Positions 8,933-18,095 of a DNA stretch of 64,000 nt are shown here, piece after piece. Origin of the DNA: a virus. The translations under genes were made by a program, and so were the position numbers. The notes under the pieces were generated by a model, which was not told where the DNA came from, did not search any database, and worked only from the letters and a program-made list of their open reading frames with translations. Numbering within the stretch: the first letter of the stretch is position 1; every line of letters begins with the position of its first letter. The DNA lies in IMG/VR virus record IMGVR_UViG_3300025889_000002, positions 1 through 64,000 of that record; one strand, 5' to 3'.

Positions 8933-9129
8933 CCCCCAAACAATTCCGTAAAATCCGCGAGCGGGCTGGTTATAGTGTTGACCAGCTTGCCGCAGTTCTC
9001 CGCATTAGCGACGGTCGATCCGTAAGGCGTTGGGAAGATGGAAGCCGCAAGGTATCCGGCCCCGTGTCTCTGATAATGTCGGCTTTGGAGCAGGGCTTAC
9101 TTACTGGCGAAGATCTTCTAAATCTTTAA
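8929..9129 (+). CDS. XRE-type HTH regulator
   Basis: IRERAGYSVDQLAAVLRISDGRSVRRWEDG; homologue at 49032-49247. Confidence 0.85.
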   Translation: MTPKQFRKIRERAGYSVDQLAAVLRISDGRSVRRWEDGSRKVSGPVSLIMSALEQGLLTGEDLLNL

Positions 9130-9183
9130 TGGGCCTGTCGCTATTTTATAGACATTCTTTTGAGTTTGGTTTAGGTGTTTCCA

Positions 9184-9921
9184 ATGGAAAAATTCAAAAC
9201 CATTCCAATAGCGGAACTTAAAAAGTCTTTGGATTATAATCCTGAAACGGGAATATTCCTAAGAAAGATTGACCCGTCCGTTAGGGGGTCGCTTAGGGCA
9301 AGGTGGGGCAATAAGCCGACATCACCAAACCCAAACAAGCACGGGTATCTTCTGGTTAGTGTAGGTGCGGTGCAGTTTCTCGCCCATCGCGTGGCGTGGG
9401 CAATCCATTACGGAGAATGGCCCCAAGGGCAGATAGATCACATAAATCACTGCCGAAGCGATAACAGGATTTCCAATCTTAGGGTTGTGAATGACGCGGG
9501 AAACAAGAAGAACATGTCACTCAGGACCGATAACAAAAGTGGATGTGCTGGCGTTTCATGGCGTGAAAATAGGCAGAAGTGGCGCGCCAGAATTCATGTT
9601 GATGGCAAGGAAGTCTGCTTAGGTCATTTCGAAAATAAGGAATCCGCAATCGCAGTCAGAGCGAAGGCGTTAAAGGAATATCAATTTCACAAAAACCACG
9701 GAAACCCAAGCCATGATAACCCGCGTAACAACCGAGAACGGCCAGGATCTAGGCGAGTGGGAAACGCAGCACCCTATCCGCGCTGGCGAGGTAATCACCG
9801 ATGGCGGGCAGGAATACGAAGCCATGTTCTATCAGGGCGGTGGCTTGATTGTGAGGGAAGTATGAGCAAAGGTCTCGTGGTTTTAGCGATGCTCGCATTC
9901 CGCAAGGAACAGCAACCATGA
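9184..9921 (+). CDS. HNH-AP2 endonuclease (3' extension doubtful)
   Basis: AHRVAW, IDHINHCRSDNRISNLR, NKSGCAGVSW...KWRARI. Confidence 0.85.
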   Translation: MEKFKTIPIAELKKSLDYNPETGIFLRKIDPSVRGSLRARWGNKPTSPNPNKHGYLLVSVGAVQFLAHRVAWAIHYGEWPQGQIDHINHCRSDNRISNLRVVNDAGNKKNMSLRTDNKSGCAGVSWRENRQKWRARIHVDGKEVCLGHFENKESAIAVRAKALKEYQFHKNHGNPSHDNPRNNRERPGSRRVGNAAPYPRWRGNHRWRAGIRSHVLSGRWLDCEGSMSKGLVVLAMLAFRKEQQP

Positions 9922-10277
9922 GCCTCTACAGCGAACTTTCGTGGGCCGGCCCTAACTTCTACGGCCAGACATTCACCGCCCACCACTTCCACCACTGCGC
10001 AGCCCGTGACGAGCATATGCGCCTAGAACGCGCCCGAAGGATGGCGAGAGCAGCAGTCAGGAGTGTTAGGCATGGGTGATAGAGTAGAACGAAAGCTAAC
10101 CCTTTATCGCGATGATAGCACCGCGCAGGTTGTCTACGATCGCGTGAAGACATGGTTCTGGACGGCAGGGAATACCGTGCTGGTCGTGAGTCGTTATGAC
10201 ACCGATACGGGAGGCGAGCATCATTACATTCATTGGCCACGCGAACGTTTCTGCTGGTTTAAGGACGAACCCCGCCA

Positions 10278-10612
10278 TGACTAAAACAAGCGACCAAGAG
10301 GTGATCCAGGCGGATCGTGAGGTAGTGGATCGCATCATGTGCGATGACCCCGACGCGCCCGACTTCGACTACGCATATCGCGAGGTTGCAGCCCACCGCA
10401 TGACAGAGCGCGCGGCAATTGTGGCGTGGTTGAGGGCGGAGGCTCGTTCGAACTACAACACCGCATTTGAGTGCTGGAAGGAATCGCGACAGACCGGGGA
10501 CGCCGGCACTGGTTCAATCGGTGATAGCGCTTTCCACGAATATCAGATCAAGGATCGCATCATAGACGCCATCGAACGCGGTGACCACACGGAGACAAGC
10601 CATGAGCAATGA
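10278..10612 (+). CDS. Hypothetical protein, mosaic with 49429-49722
   Basis: N-terminal half is shared with the unit B homologue. Confidence 0.7.
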
Positions 10613-10880
10613 GATCGACTGGACTAAGCCGCGAACGCATAGCCTCTAACGGTGTAGCATCCATAACCGATGTCAGGGAGTGTGAGGCAATCGTGGCAGA
10701 GCGGAGGCAGGACCCGTTGGTGGAAGCTATAGCGGAACTGGTTCACGATGCCATGATGTGGGCCGTTGGCTGTGGTGGCGAGCCTAGAAATTGGGCGGGT
10801 GGCAAAAGCTTGGGTGAGGAAATGGCGCGGGAATACGCCATGGAGATCATCAAGAAACCGAAGATCGTAGAGGCATAACA

Positions 10881-11375
10881 ATGACCGAGATAGAGTGGAG
10901 CGCACCGCTTGATTTGAGTGAATTGCGAGAAATACTTAATGACTTTTTCCCTAACGATTTGCGCGTTTACGATTCTTGCCGAGGTCGCGGCGAGAGAGTG
11001 TTCGCGGATAGTATGCGGTATAGAGGTTATGAAATCCGCAACCGCACCACAAAGCCCGCCAATGCGCCTTCGCCGGAGTTGGTGGAGAGCCTTAAATCCA
11101 TGCGCGATCATTTAGATTTAGCGCGCAACAGGATTAGGGCCACCGCAATCAATTTCTCAGGCCTTGATGAACCGCGCTCCTATGAAGCATCGTATTGGGC
11201 GAATGAGGCAGACGAGCATGTGAAACAGTTTGACGCCATCCTCGCAGAACTAGAGCCGGTCGATCCTGACGAAGCATTGATTGACCAAGTTCTAGGCGAC
11301 CACGGCGGATTCGATGCTCGCACGGAAGCCATGCTTCGAGACGCAATCAAGCGCGTTAGAGCGGAGAAGGGGTGA
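10881..11375 (+). CDS. Mosaic hypothetical protein
   Basis: Shares only linkers and ends with 50092-50586. Confidence 0.7.
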   Translation: MTEIEWSAPLDLSELREILNDFFPNDLRVYDSCRGRGERVFADSMRYRGYEIRNRTTKPANAPSPELVESLKSMRDHLDLARNRIRATAINFSGLDEPRSYEASYWANEADEHVKQFDAILAELEPVDPDEALIDQVLGDHGGFDARTEAMLRDAIKRVRAEKG

Positions 11376-11560
11376 TGGAGACTTATTCAAACCAAGGTCC
11401 GCAGTGCCCTTATTGCGATAGGCAATATACGGCAGATGATTCGTTCTATTACGATGAAAGCGGATATACCGAAGAAACGTGCGACGAATGCGGCAAGACA
11501 TTTGACGTAGAGGTTTGCCATACTGTTGCATGGTCATGTGTGCAGCGTGATGAGGAATAA
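11372..11560 (+). CDS. Small zinc-ribbon protein
   Basis: CPYC...CDECG. Confidence 0.6.
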   Translation: MMETYSNQGPQCPYCDRQYTADDSFYYDESGYTEETCDECGKTFDVEVCHTVAWSCVQRDEE

Positions 11561-11589
11561 CCGCCGCACTACCCCTAACCACTCCCCAC

Positions 11590-11618
11590 TTGCCCAGACA
11601 GACAATAAAGGCTAGATA
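11590..11618 (+). promoter_or_regulatory. Putative late promoter upstream of terminase
   Basis: TTGCCC-N17-TAGATA, boxes conserved at 50764-50792. Confidence 0.65.
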
Positions 11619-11624
11619 GAAACC

Positions 11625-11699
11625 ATGAACATCGAACGCGCAATCGGTCTGGTGATACTTGTCCTGCTGGTGATCTTCCTGGCGCGGCTGGTTGTATGA
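11625..11699 (+). CDS. 24-aa hydrophobic peptide, probably leaderless
   Basis: MNIERAIGLVILVLLVIFLARLVV; ATG 6 nt after the -10 box. Confidence 0.45.
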   Translation: MNIERAIGLVILVLLVIFLARLVV

Positions 11700-11726
11700 C
11701 TTTGAATTTTTTCAATGGAAATCAAG

Positions 11727-12032
11727 ATGGCGCACGGGGGTAAGCGGCCCGGTGCCGGTAGGCCTAAAGGGGCTAAGGACAAGCTGACACGCGAAGCGGG
11801 TGCCAGTCTTGCTGAGATAGCACGCGAGCACACTGAGTCTGCCATTGAGACACTTGTGCAGATTGCGGTATCTGGAGAGAGTGAAGCAGCTAGAGTAAGT
11901 GCGGCCAACGCGCTGCTTGATCGTGGCTATGGCAGGGCTCCGCAGTCAATCGAACACACAGGCGAGGTCACATTCAGCAAAGCCACTGAACTGTCAGACG
12001 ACGATCTAGCCAAGCTGGCAACAGGTCAGTGA
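11727..12032 (+). CDS. terS: Terminase small subunit (putative)
   Basis: GGKRPGAGRPKG, AANALLDRGYG; immediately upstream of terL. Confidence 0.75.
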   Translation: MAHGGKRPGAGRPKGAKDKLTREAGASLAEIAREHTESAIETLVQIAVSGESEAARVSAANALLDRGYGRAPQSIEHTGEVTFSKATELSDDDLAKLATGQ

Positions 12033-13582
12033 CCACGATCACGCCGCAGGAGGCCGCAACAGAACTCCTGCGCAGACGACGCGCCAGAACCAACCTTGTC
12101 GATTACGCCCGCTACATCGACGTTCCCGGCGCGCCAGTTACAGAAGACGATCCCGACTGCGAGACGTTCAAGCCCGTCGAGACTGTTCTAGCCGAGCATC
12201 ACGAAATTATCCTCAACGCCACGCAGCGCTGCATAGAGCGTCATCGCGGGCGCACGATGCTGTTCCTGCCCCCTGGTAGCGCCAAGTCGACGTATGCCAC
12301 TGTTGTGTCGTCCACATGGGCTTTAGGTAGGCAGCCCGGGTACAAGGTTATCAATGTCAGTTATGCCAGCGATATAGCAAAGAAGTTTGGCCGCCGAATG
12401 AGGGCGATAACCAAGCAGAAGAAGTTCGAGAACCTTTTTGCCACTAGCCTTTCAAAAGAAAGTAGCGCTGCTGACGAATGGGCCTTGTTGAATGAATCTG
12501 AATTCATGGCTGGCGGTATTCTGTCTGGCATAACCGGGAACCGTGCAGATTTCGTATGTATTGACGACCCCATTCGCGGGCGACGTGACGCGGATTCGGA
12601 AACAATTCGGAAGAACACCCGAGATGCATACGATGAGGATGTTCTAACCCGCTTGAAGCCTGGGGGTAGCGTAATGATAACGCAAACCAGATGGCACATG
12701 GATGACCTTGCTGGTTCAATATTACCTGATGATTGGAAGGGTGAAAGCGGCATGATTGAATGCCGTGATGGCGAGACGTGGGAAGTTATCTGCATTCCTG
12801 CCAAGGCTGAGCGGCACGATGACATGCTTGGCCGATTGCCCGGGGAATACATCTGGCCAGAATGGTTCGGCCCTGAGCATTGGGCACCTTTCGAGCGCAT
12901 GCCAAGGACGTGGAATGCCCTCTACCAGCAACGCCCTGCCCCAGACACAGGCGATTACTTCAAGCGTGAATGGATCATCGAGACGGACAACGCGCCTCCG
13001 CGCGAAACCATGCAGATATTCGGCGCGTCCGATTATGCCGTGACCGCTGACGGCGGCGACTACACCGTTCATGTCGTGATGGGCATCGATCACACTGGCC
13101 GCTTGTGGCTGCTGGACCTATGGCGGCAACAGGCATCGTCCGATGTATGGGTGGATAGCCTGTGTTCGCTGGTAAAGCAATGGCGACCGATAGGCTGGGC
13201 TGAGGAAACGGGTCAGATCAAGTCCGGCGTCGGCCCGTTCCTGGTCAAGCGCATGCTTGAAACGGAAGCTTACGTGGCGCGCGAGCAATTCCCGACGCGA
13301 GGGGATAAGGCGGTGCGCGCACAGTCTATCCGTGGCCGCATGGCAATGCAGGGGCTGCATGTGCCAAGAGGTGCGCCATGGCTACCTGCGCTGATCAGTG
13401 AAATGATGTCTTTCCCGGTCGGTTCGCATGACGATCAGGTCGATGCGCTTGGATTGGCGGGCCAGCTCATTGCAAAAATGGATTTTGGTGCTACACCTGA
13501 AGACGCTAAACCGAAACCGGGAGCGCCGCCGCGTGTTGTTGCGGATGGTGTCATTGCTCCACCACTTAGGGCGCGTAGATGA
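12029..13582 (+). CDS. terL: Terminase large subunit
   Basis: PPGSAKS Walker A, CIDDP Walker B, QTRWH, HDDQVDA. Confidence 0.95.
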   Translation: MTTITPQEAATELLRRRRARTNLVDYARYIDVPGAPVTEDDPDCETFKPVETVLAEHHEIILNATQRCIERHRGRTMLFLPPGSAKSTYATVVSSTWALGRQPGYKVINVSYASDIAKKFGRRMRAITKQKKFENLFATSLSKESSAADEWALLNESEFMAGGILSGITGNRADFVCIDDPIRGRRDADSETIRKNTRDAYDEDVLTRLKPGGSVMITQTRWHMDDLAGSILPDDWKGESGMIECRDGETWEVICIPAKAERHDDMLGRLPGEYIWPEWFGPEHWAPFERMPRTWNALYQQRPAPDTGDYFKREWIIETDNAPPRETMQIFGASDYAVTADGGDYTVHVVMGIDHTGRLWLLDLWRQQASSDVWVDSLCSLVKQWRPIGWAEETGQIKSGVGPFLVKRMLETEAYVAREQFPTRGDKAVRAQSIRGRMAMQGLHVPRGAPWLPALISEMMSFPVGSHDDQVDALGLAGQLIAKMDFGATPEDAKPKPGAPPRVVADGVIAPPLRARR

Positions 13583-15879
13583 ACGAATCCCGCAACTTTA
13601 CCGGAACGACCGAAGAAGCGCGCGAGAAAGCATCTGCGCCAATCCTTCAGGCGCTCAAGCGTTCACAGGATGCGTTTCGGGAGTGGGACGCCACCTGCCA
13701 CGGTATCGATGACCTCTATTCGCGCCACGGCTCAAGCTACGAGCGCCTGCTTGATATGGCCGCTTATGGCGACGGCGAGATGGATCTGTTCTGGTCCTCG
13801 TCCGAAGTTCTCAAGCCTGCTGTTTATGCCCGCCCGCCTGTCCCGGCCATTGCGCCGATCTTCAAGGATGGTGGCCCGGTAAAGTCCACTACTGCCGAAT
13901 TGCTGGAGCGTGCGGCTGTATCGACGTTCAAGCAGACCGGCATCGATGATGTCATGCAGTCGGTGCGTGATGATCTGTTGTTCTCTGGGCGCGGCGTCAT
14001 GTGGCTGCGTTACGAAAGCGAAGGCGGCAAGAAGGTCTGTGTCGAACACCTGGACCGTGATGACTTCCTGCATGATGTGGCACGCAAGTGGTCTGGTGTT
14101 GGCTGGGCTGCTGGCGGCTTCTGGATGTCCGAAGACGAGATCAAGGAGCGGTTCAAAGGCATTACGCAGGAGCAGATCGATCAGATCGAGTTCATGGAAT
14201 GCCGCGACGAAGCGAACCGGCAAGAAAAGGGTATGTCCCCCAAGGCGCGCGTGTGGGAAGTCTGGCACCGCGCGAACAACCGCGTCTATTGGGTAACGGA
14301 AGGGCTGGACGTTTATCTTGACGACAGCGAACCGCACCTGAAGCTTGAGGGCTTCTTTCCTTGCCCGCGTCCGGCTTATGGCACCTTGCAGCGTCGTTCG
14401 CTTATTCCTGTGCCTGACTTCGAACGCTACGGCGGCATGTTCGCCAAGATCAACACGCTGACGGCCCGCATTTACCTGTTGCTCGATCAGGTGAAGATGA
14501 AGGGTATTATCCCTGGCGGTGGGGATATAGCATCGGCCATTGAATCGCTGATGAAGTCCGAGGACGACAGCATCCTCATTGCGGTTCCCGGCGCTGCACT
14601 GATGGAAGGCGCGGCTGCGGTTGTGTGGATGCCATTGCAGGAACTTGCAGCGGCTATCACCGCGCTGATCGATGCTCGCCGTCAGCTTATCGAAGACTTC
14701 TATCAGCTTTCCGGCATATCCGACATCATGCGCGGTGCTACCGAGGCAGAGGAAACCCTTGGCGCGCAGCAGTTGAAGGCGCAGTTCGGTTCGGTGCGTG
14801 TTCGCCAGAAGATCGACGAGATGCAGCGGATCGCGGCAGAGGCGGTTAAGATTGCCTCCGAGATACTGGCTGAGAAATTCGACGGCAAGACGTTGCTGGA
14901 GATGTCGCAGATGGATTTGCCGACGCGGGCTGACATCAAGAAGCGCATCAAGGAAATCGAAGACGCGGCTGAGAAAGAACTCAAGGCGCTTGAAAAGAAC
15001 GTCATGCAGGCCGGGGGCAATATGGACCCTGAACAAGCGCAGCAGATGTTCCAGCAACAACAGCAGGCCATAGTCGGCAAATATGGTCCGATGCTGGAGG
15101 AAGCTGAAAACCTCGTTCCGATCGACGACGTGGTTGACCTGTTGCGGGATGATCGTGCGCGTTCGTTTGCTTTCGAGATTGAAACCGACAGCACAATCAT
15201 GGTCGACGAGATTGCGGAAAAGAGCGCCCGCAATGAGTTCATGGGTGTATTCAACAACGCCACGCAGGGCCTTATGGGTCTGGCCGGTATGGGTGAACCG
15301 GGGGCAAAGCTTGCCGGTGAACTGATGAAGTTCGTTCTGGCTCCCTATCGTGTCGGCAGACAGCTTGACGGGGCGATTGATGACTTTGTGAAGCAGGCCC
15401 CTGCTATGCTGGCCTCTCAGCAAGGTGAGGGTGACGAGCAAGGTGTTGCGGCACTGGCTGAGGCTGAGATGGAAAAGGCCAAGGCCCAGATGGCCAAGGT
15501 CGAAGCCGATAGCGCGCTCAAACAGGCTGAAAACCAGCGCAAGTTTGCCGAATTGCAGGTTAAGGCGCAGAAGGATCAATCCGACGCACAAGCAAAGATG
15601 GCCAAGCTGGAGCAGGATGCCAACGCCAACGCAATCAAGGCGCAGGAAGCTTTGGCCAAGGTGGATCTACTGCGCGCCCAGACCATGAAGGCGATGGCCG
15701 AAGCAGGTATAGCCATAGACACGGCGCAATTGGACGAGTTCAAGTCCCTTGCAGACATCGACATCAAGCAAAGCCAGGAGCAGCGCGCTATCGTGAACGA
15801 TCAGCGCCAAGCAGAGCGTGCCGACCGGCAGGAAGCGCGCGAAGTGATGCAGCCTGCCGAACGGGAGTTCCCGCAATGA
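13579..15879 (+). CDS. Portal protein with long C-terminal coiled coil
   Basis: Follows terL; SGISDIMRG, ETLGAQQLK motifs. Confidence 0.85.
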   Translation: MNESRNFTGTTEEAREKASAPILQALKRSQDAFREWDATCHGIDDLYSRHGSSYERLLDMAAYGDGEMDLFWSSSEVLKPAVYARPPVPAIAPIFKDGGPVKSTTAELLERAAVSTFKQTGIDDVMQSVRDDLLFSGRGVMWLRYESEGGKKVCVEHLDRDDFLHDVARKWSGVGWAAGGFWMSEDEIKERFKGITQEQIDQIEFMECRDEANRQEKGMSPKARVWEVWHRANNRVYWVTEGLDVYLDDSEPHLKLEGFFPCPRPAYGTLQRRSLIPVPDFERYGGMFAKINTLTARIYLLLDQVKMKGIIPGGGDIASAIESLMKSEDDSILIAVPGAALMEGAAAVVWMPLQELAAAITALIDARRQLIEDFYQLSGISDIMRGATEAEETLGAQQLKAQFGSVRVRQKIDEMQRIAAEAVKIASEILAEKFDGKTLLEMSQMDLPTRADIKKRIKEIEDAAEKELKALEKNVMQAGGNMDPEQAQQMFQQQQQAIVGKYGPMLEEAENLVPIDDVVDLLRDDRARSFAFEIETDSTIMVDEIAEKSARNEFMGVFNNATQGLMGLAGMGEPGAKLAGELMKFVLAPYRVGRQLDGAIDDFVKQAPAMLASQQGEGDEQGVAALAEAEMEKAKAQMAKVEADSALKQAENQRKFAELQVKAQKDQSDAQAKMAKLEQDANANAIKAQEALAKVDLLRAQTMKAMAEAGIAIDTAQLDEFKSLADIDIKQSQEQRAIVNDQRQAERADRQEAREVMQPAEREFPQ

Positions 15880-16055
15880 GCGGCTTCCCTGTAACCATAG
15901 TCGACAGCGGTGGTTATCCAGTCACCCATGTTCCTGCTGACACAACGCCTGTCGCGGCTGCGCCCGCTAACGTGGTTGATGAAGGCGGCTATCCGATCAC
16001 GATTGTTGAAAGCGGCGGCCTACCGCTGACCCTTATTGGCTACACACCGGAGTAA
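15876..16055 (+). CDS. Small protein with V-x-x-GG(Y/L)P repeats
   Basis: Homologue at 55026-55181. Confidence 0.7.
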   Translation: MSGFPVTIVDSGGYPVTHVPADTTPVAAAPANVVDEGGYPITIVESGGLPLTLIGYTPE

Positions 16056-16060
16056 ATGAA

Positions 16061-16315
16061 ATGGCAGATGCAAACAGATTGATTGGCTTGGGCGTCCCCG
16101 AACCAACCGCCGTGGAAATGGCCGCGCAGATCGAAGCGCAGGAAGGCAATGCCGACCGTTTGAAGGAATTGGGCGTTGTGCCTGAACTGGCAACAGAACT
16201 GGCCGGTCAGATTGACGCTGAGGGCACTACCAACGCGCCGAAGCTGGTCGACTACAGCATGATACCCGACATTGCGGTGGAGGTCGTGGCGCAGATCGAG
16301 GCGGATAGGGCTTAG
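16061..16315 (+). CDS. Small three-repeat helical protein
   Basis: L..LG....A.E.A.QI.A repeated three times; homologue at 55194-55451. Confidence 0.75.
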   Translation: MADANRLIGLGVPEPTAVEMAAQIEAQEGNADRLKELGVVPELATELAGQIDAEGTTNAPKLVDYSMIPDIAVEVVAQIEADRA

Positions 16316-16348
16316 CAAGCTTGTGACGGGGAAACGAAAGGAACTGAC

Positions 16349-16504
16349 ATGACTACGAAGAAAGAGCAGGAAAAGATCGACAAGGACGACAACGGCCTGT
16401 CGGATCGTCTGAAGACCATGGACCCGCGCTTCGATGAGAAGGGCAAGGATGTCGAAACCGAGAAGAAAGAGGGCCAGACCTCGACTGCGAGCAAGTCGAA
16501 GTAA
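16349..16504 (+). CDS. Small charged protein
   Basis: AAGGA RBS; homologue at 55584-55733. Confidence 0.7.
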   Translation: MTTKKEQEKIDKDDNGLSDRLKTMDPRFDEKGKDVETEKKEGQTSTASKSK

Positions 16505-16887
16505 TGCCTCTTTACGATTTCCGATGCGAGAATGAACACCGCTTTGAGCGGTTCGTCTCGCTTGCGTCCTTCGGGGATCGTCAGACATGCGAGTGCGGGG
16601 CTGGCGCCAAACGACTTATCAGCGCGCCTAGAGTGATTTCGGACAGCATGGAGCCGACACTTGGGCCTGATGGGAAGATGCATACCAGTCTCGCCTCGTA
16701 TCGTCATTCCTGCACTGCCGAGGGCAACCCGCAGGGCGAAACATATCTAGAGCTTGGGCGGGAAGAATTGCCTGAGTTCAAAGCGCCGGAGTTCGACCGA
16801 CGCAAGAGGCGTGAGGACATCCGCGCCGGGATCCAGGATGTCAAAGAGGGCCGCGTTCCGCCCGTTGTTGTAGGGGATCTACCATGA
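16504..16887 (+). CDS. FmdB-like zinc-ribbon protein
   Basis: MPLYDFRC..H.FE...CECG...RLISAP. Confidence 0.8.
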   Translation: MPLYDFRCENEHRFERFVSLASFGDRQTCECGAGAKRLISAPRVISDSMEPTLGPDGKMHTSLASYRHSCTAEGNPQGETYLELGREELPEFKAPEFDRRKRREDIRAGIQDVKEGRVPPVVVGDLP

Positions 16888-18080
16888 CTGAATTAGCCGA
16901 AGCAGAAAGCAACTCGACAGTCCTTGAGGAAAACGTGCCTGCGGGCGTGTCCGGTGGCGGTGAGCCTAAACTGGAGCCTGAAGAACCGACATCGTTGCGC
17001 GACACGCTTGCCGACGAACTCAAGAAGGATGCCGAAAGCCAGAAGGAGCCTGCCAAGGATGACGCCTACGCCGCCAAGGGAGCCGATGGGGACGAAGATG
17101 GCGAGGCCGAAGGAAAGGCGGACAAGGCCGATAAAGACGACGCCAAACCCAAGGAAAAGGCAGAGGGCGACGTAAAGCCTGCCAAGGAGCGGGCTGAAGA
17201 CGGCAAGTTCAAGGCGAAAGAAGCGAAAGAGGCAAAAGACGCCAAGGAAGCGGAAGGCGAAAAGCCGGGGCATTACCAGGCACCTGAGAAATTCCTGCCC
17301 GATGCGCGGGAAAAGTGGCTCAATGTGCCCAAGCCGGTGCAGCGCGACATCGACAACATGGCGCGCGAGCACGAAGCCGAGGTGACGCAGCTTCGTGAAG
17401 CAACGCAGCGGTATGAAAGCATCCGTCAATTCGATGAGTTGGCGCAAAGCAATGGCCGCGACCTGACAGAAAGCCTGACGAAGCTCAACGAGATCGAGAA
17501 CGTCATGCAGCAGAATCCCTATGCGGGTCTGAACATGATTCTGCAGGAAATCGGGCCGCGCAAGCCGGATGGCTCGCCTGTGTCGCTTTACGAAGTGGCG
17601 CAGTTCGTGGCGCAGCAGGGGCCGGACAAGTGGCAGCAGATGGTATCGGTGCAGCCGCAACAGCAGCAGCCGCAGGAAAACCCCGAGGTTGCGCAGTTGA
17701 AGCAGCAGATTGCGCAGATGCAGGTCCAGCAGACCGCGCAGAGCGTGATCGAACCATTCAAGGCAGAGCATCCCCGTTACGATGAATTGAAGGGGGATAT
17801 TGCAATGTTCCTGAAGTCTGGTAGGATACCAGCTAGCTTGAGCGCGGCAGACCGTTTGGAGGCTGCTTATTACATGGCTGAGAGGTTAAACCCTCCTTCC
17901 GATGTGCAGGACGCCCCGACGAAGCCAAGCCCTGACGCAGACCGCCGCGTTGACGACCTCAGCGGCACGAAATCCATCAAGTCCGCGCCGGGTTCTGCAT
18001 CTCCTGATATGGCTCCTCAGCGCGGTGGTTCCATCGCCGACATTCTTCGCGAAGAAGCACGAAGATCACGTCGAGCATAA
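16884..18080 (+). CDS. Capsid scaffolding protein (putative)
   Basis: Acidic low-complexity N-terminus, RAEDGKF motif, position directly before the capsid gene. Confidence 0.7.
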   Translation: MTELAEAESNSTVLEENVPAGVSGGGEPKLEPEEPTSLRDTLADELKKDAESQKEPAKDDAYAAKGADGDEDGEAEGKADKADKDDAKPKEKAEGDVKPAKERAEDGKFKAKEAKEAKDAKEAEGEKPGHYQAPEKFLPDAREKWLNVPKPVQRDIDNMAREHEAEVTQLREATQRYESIRQFDELAQSNGRDLTESLTKLNEIENVMQQNPYAGLNMILQEIGPRKPDGSPVSLYEVAQFVAQQGPDKWQQMVSVQPQQQQPQENPEVAQLKQQIAQMQVQQTAQSVIEPFKAEHPRYDELKGDIAMFLKSGRIPASLSAADRLEAAYYMAERLNPPSDVQDAPTKPSPDADRRVDDLSGTKSIKSAPGSASPDMAPQRGGSIADILREEARRSRRA

Positions 18081-18095
18081 TTGAGGGGTAGCGCA

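Noticed and set aside
9713-9921. C-terminal extension of the HNH-AP2 ORF as a real domain
   Set aside because: The paralogue at 39556 stops just after FHPNHG; the extension overlaps a plausible separate small ORF starting at 9713
13732-15591. Long antisense ORFs opposite portal, scaffold, capsid and tail genes (also 16893-17771, 18108-18992, 21628-22929, 53575-54975, 57360-58490)
   Set aside because: Shadow ORFs of GC-rich, codon-biased sense genes; no motifs, and endpoints are not conserved between A and B
17040-17270. Lys/Glu/Ala-rich repeats in the scaffold gene (also about 56290-56340)
   Set aside because: Ordinary low-complexity linker coding, not a DNA repeat element
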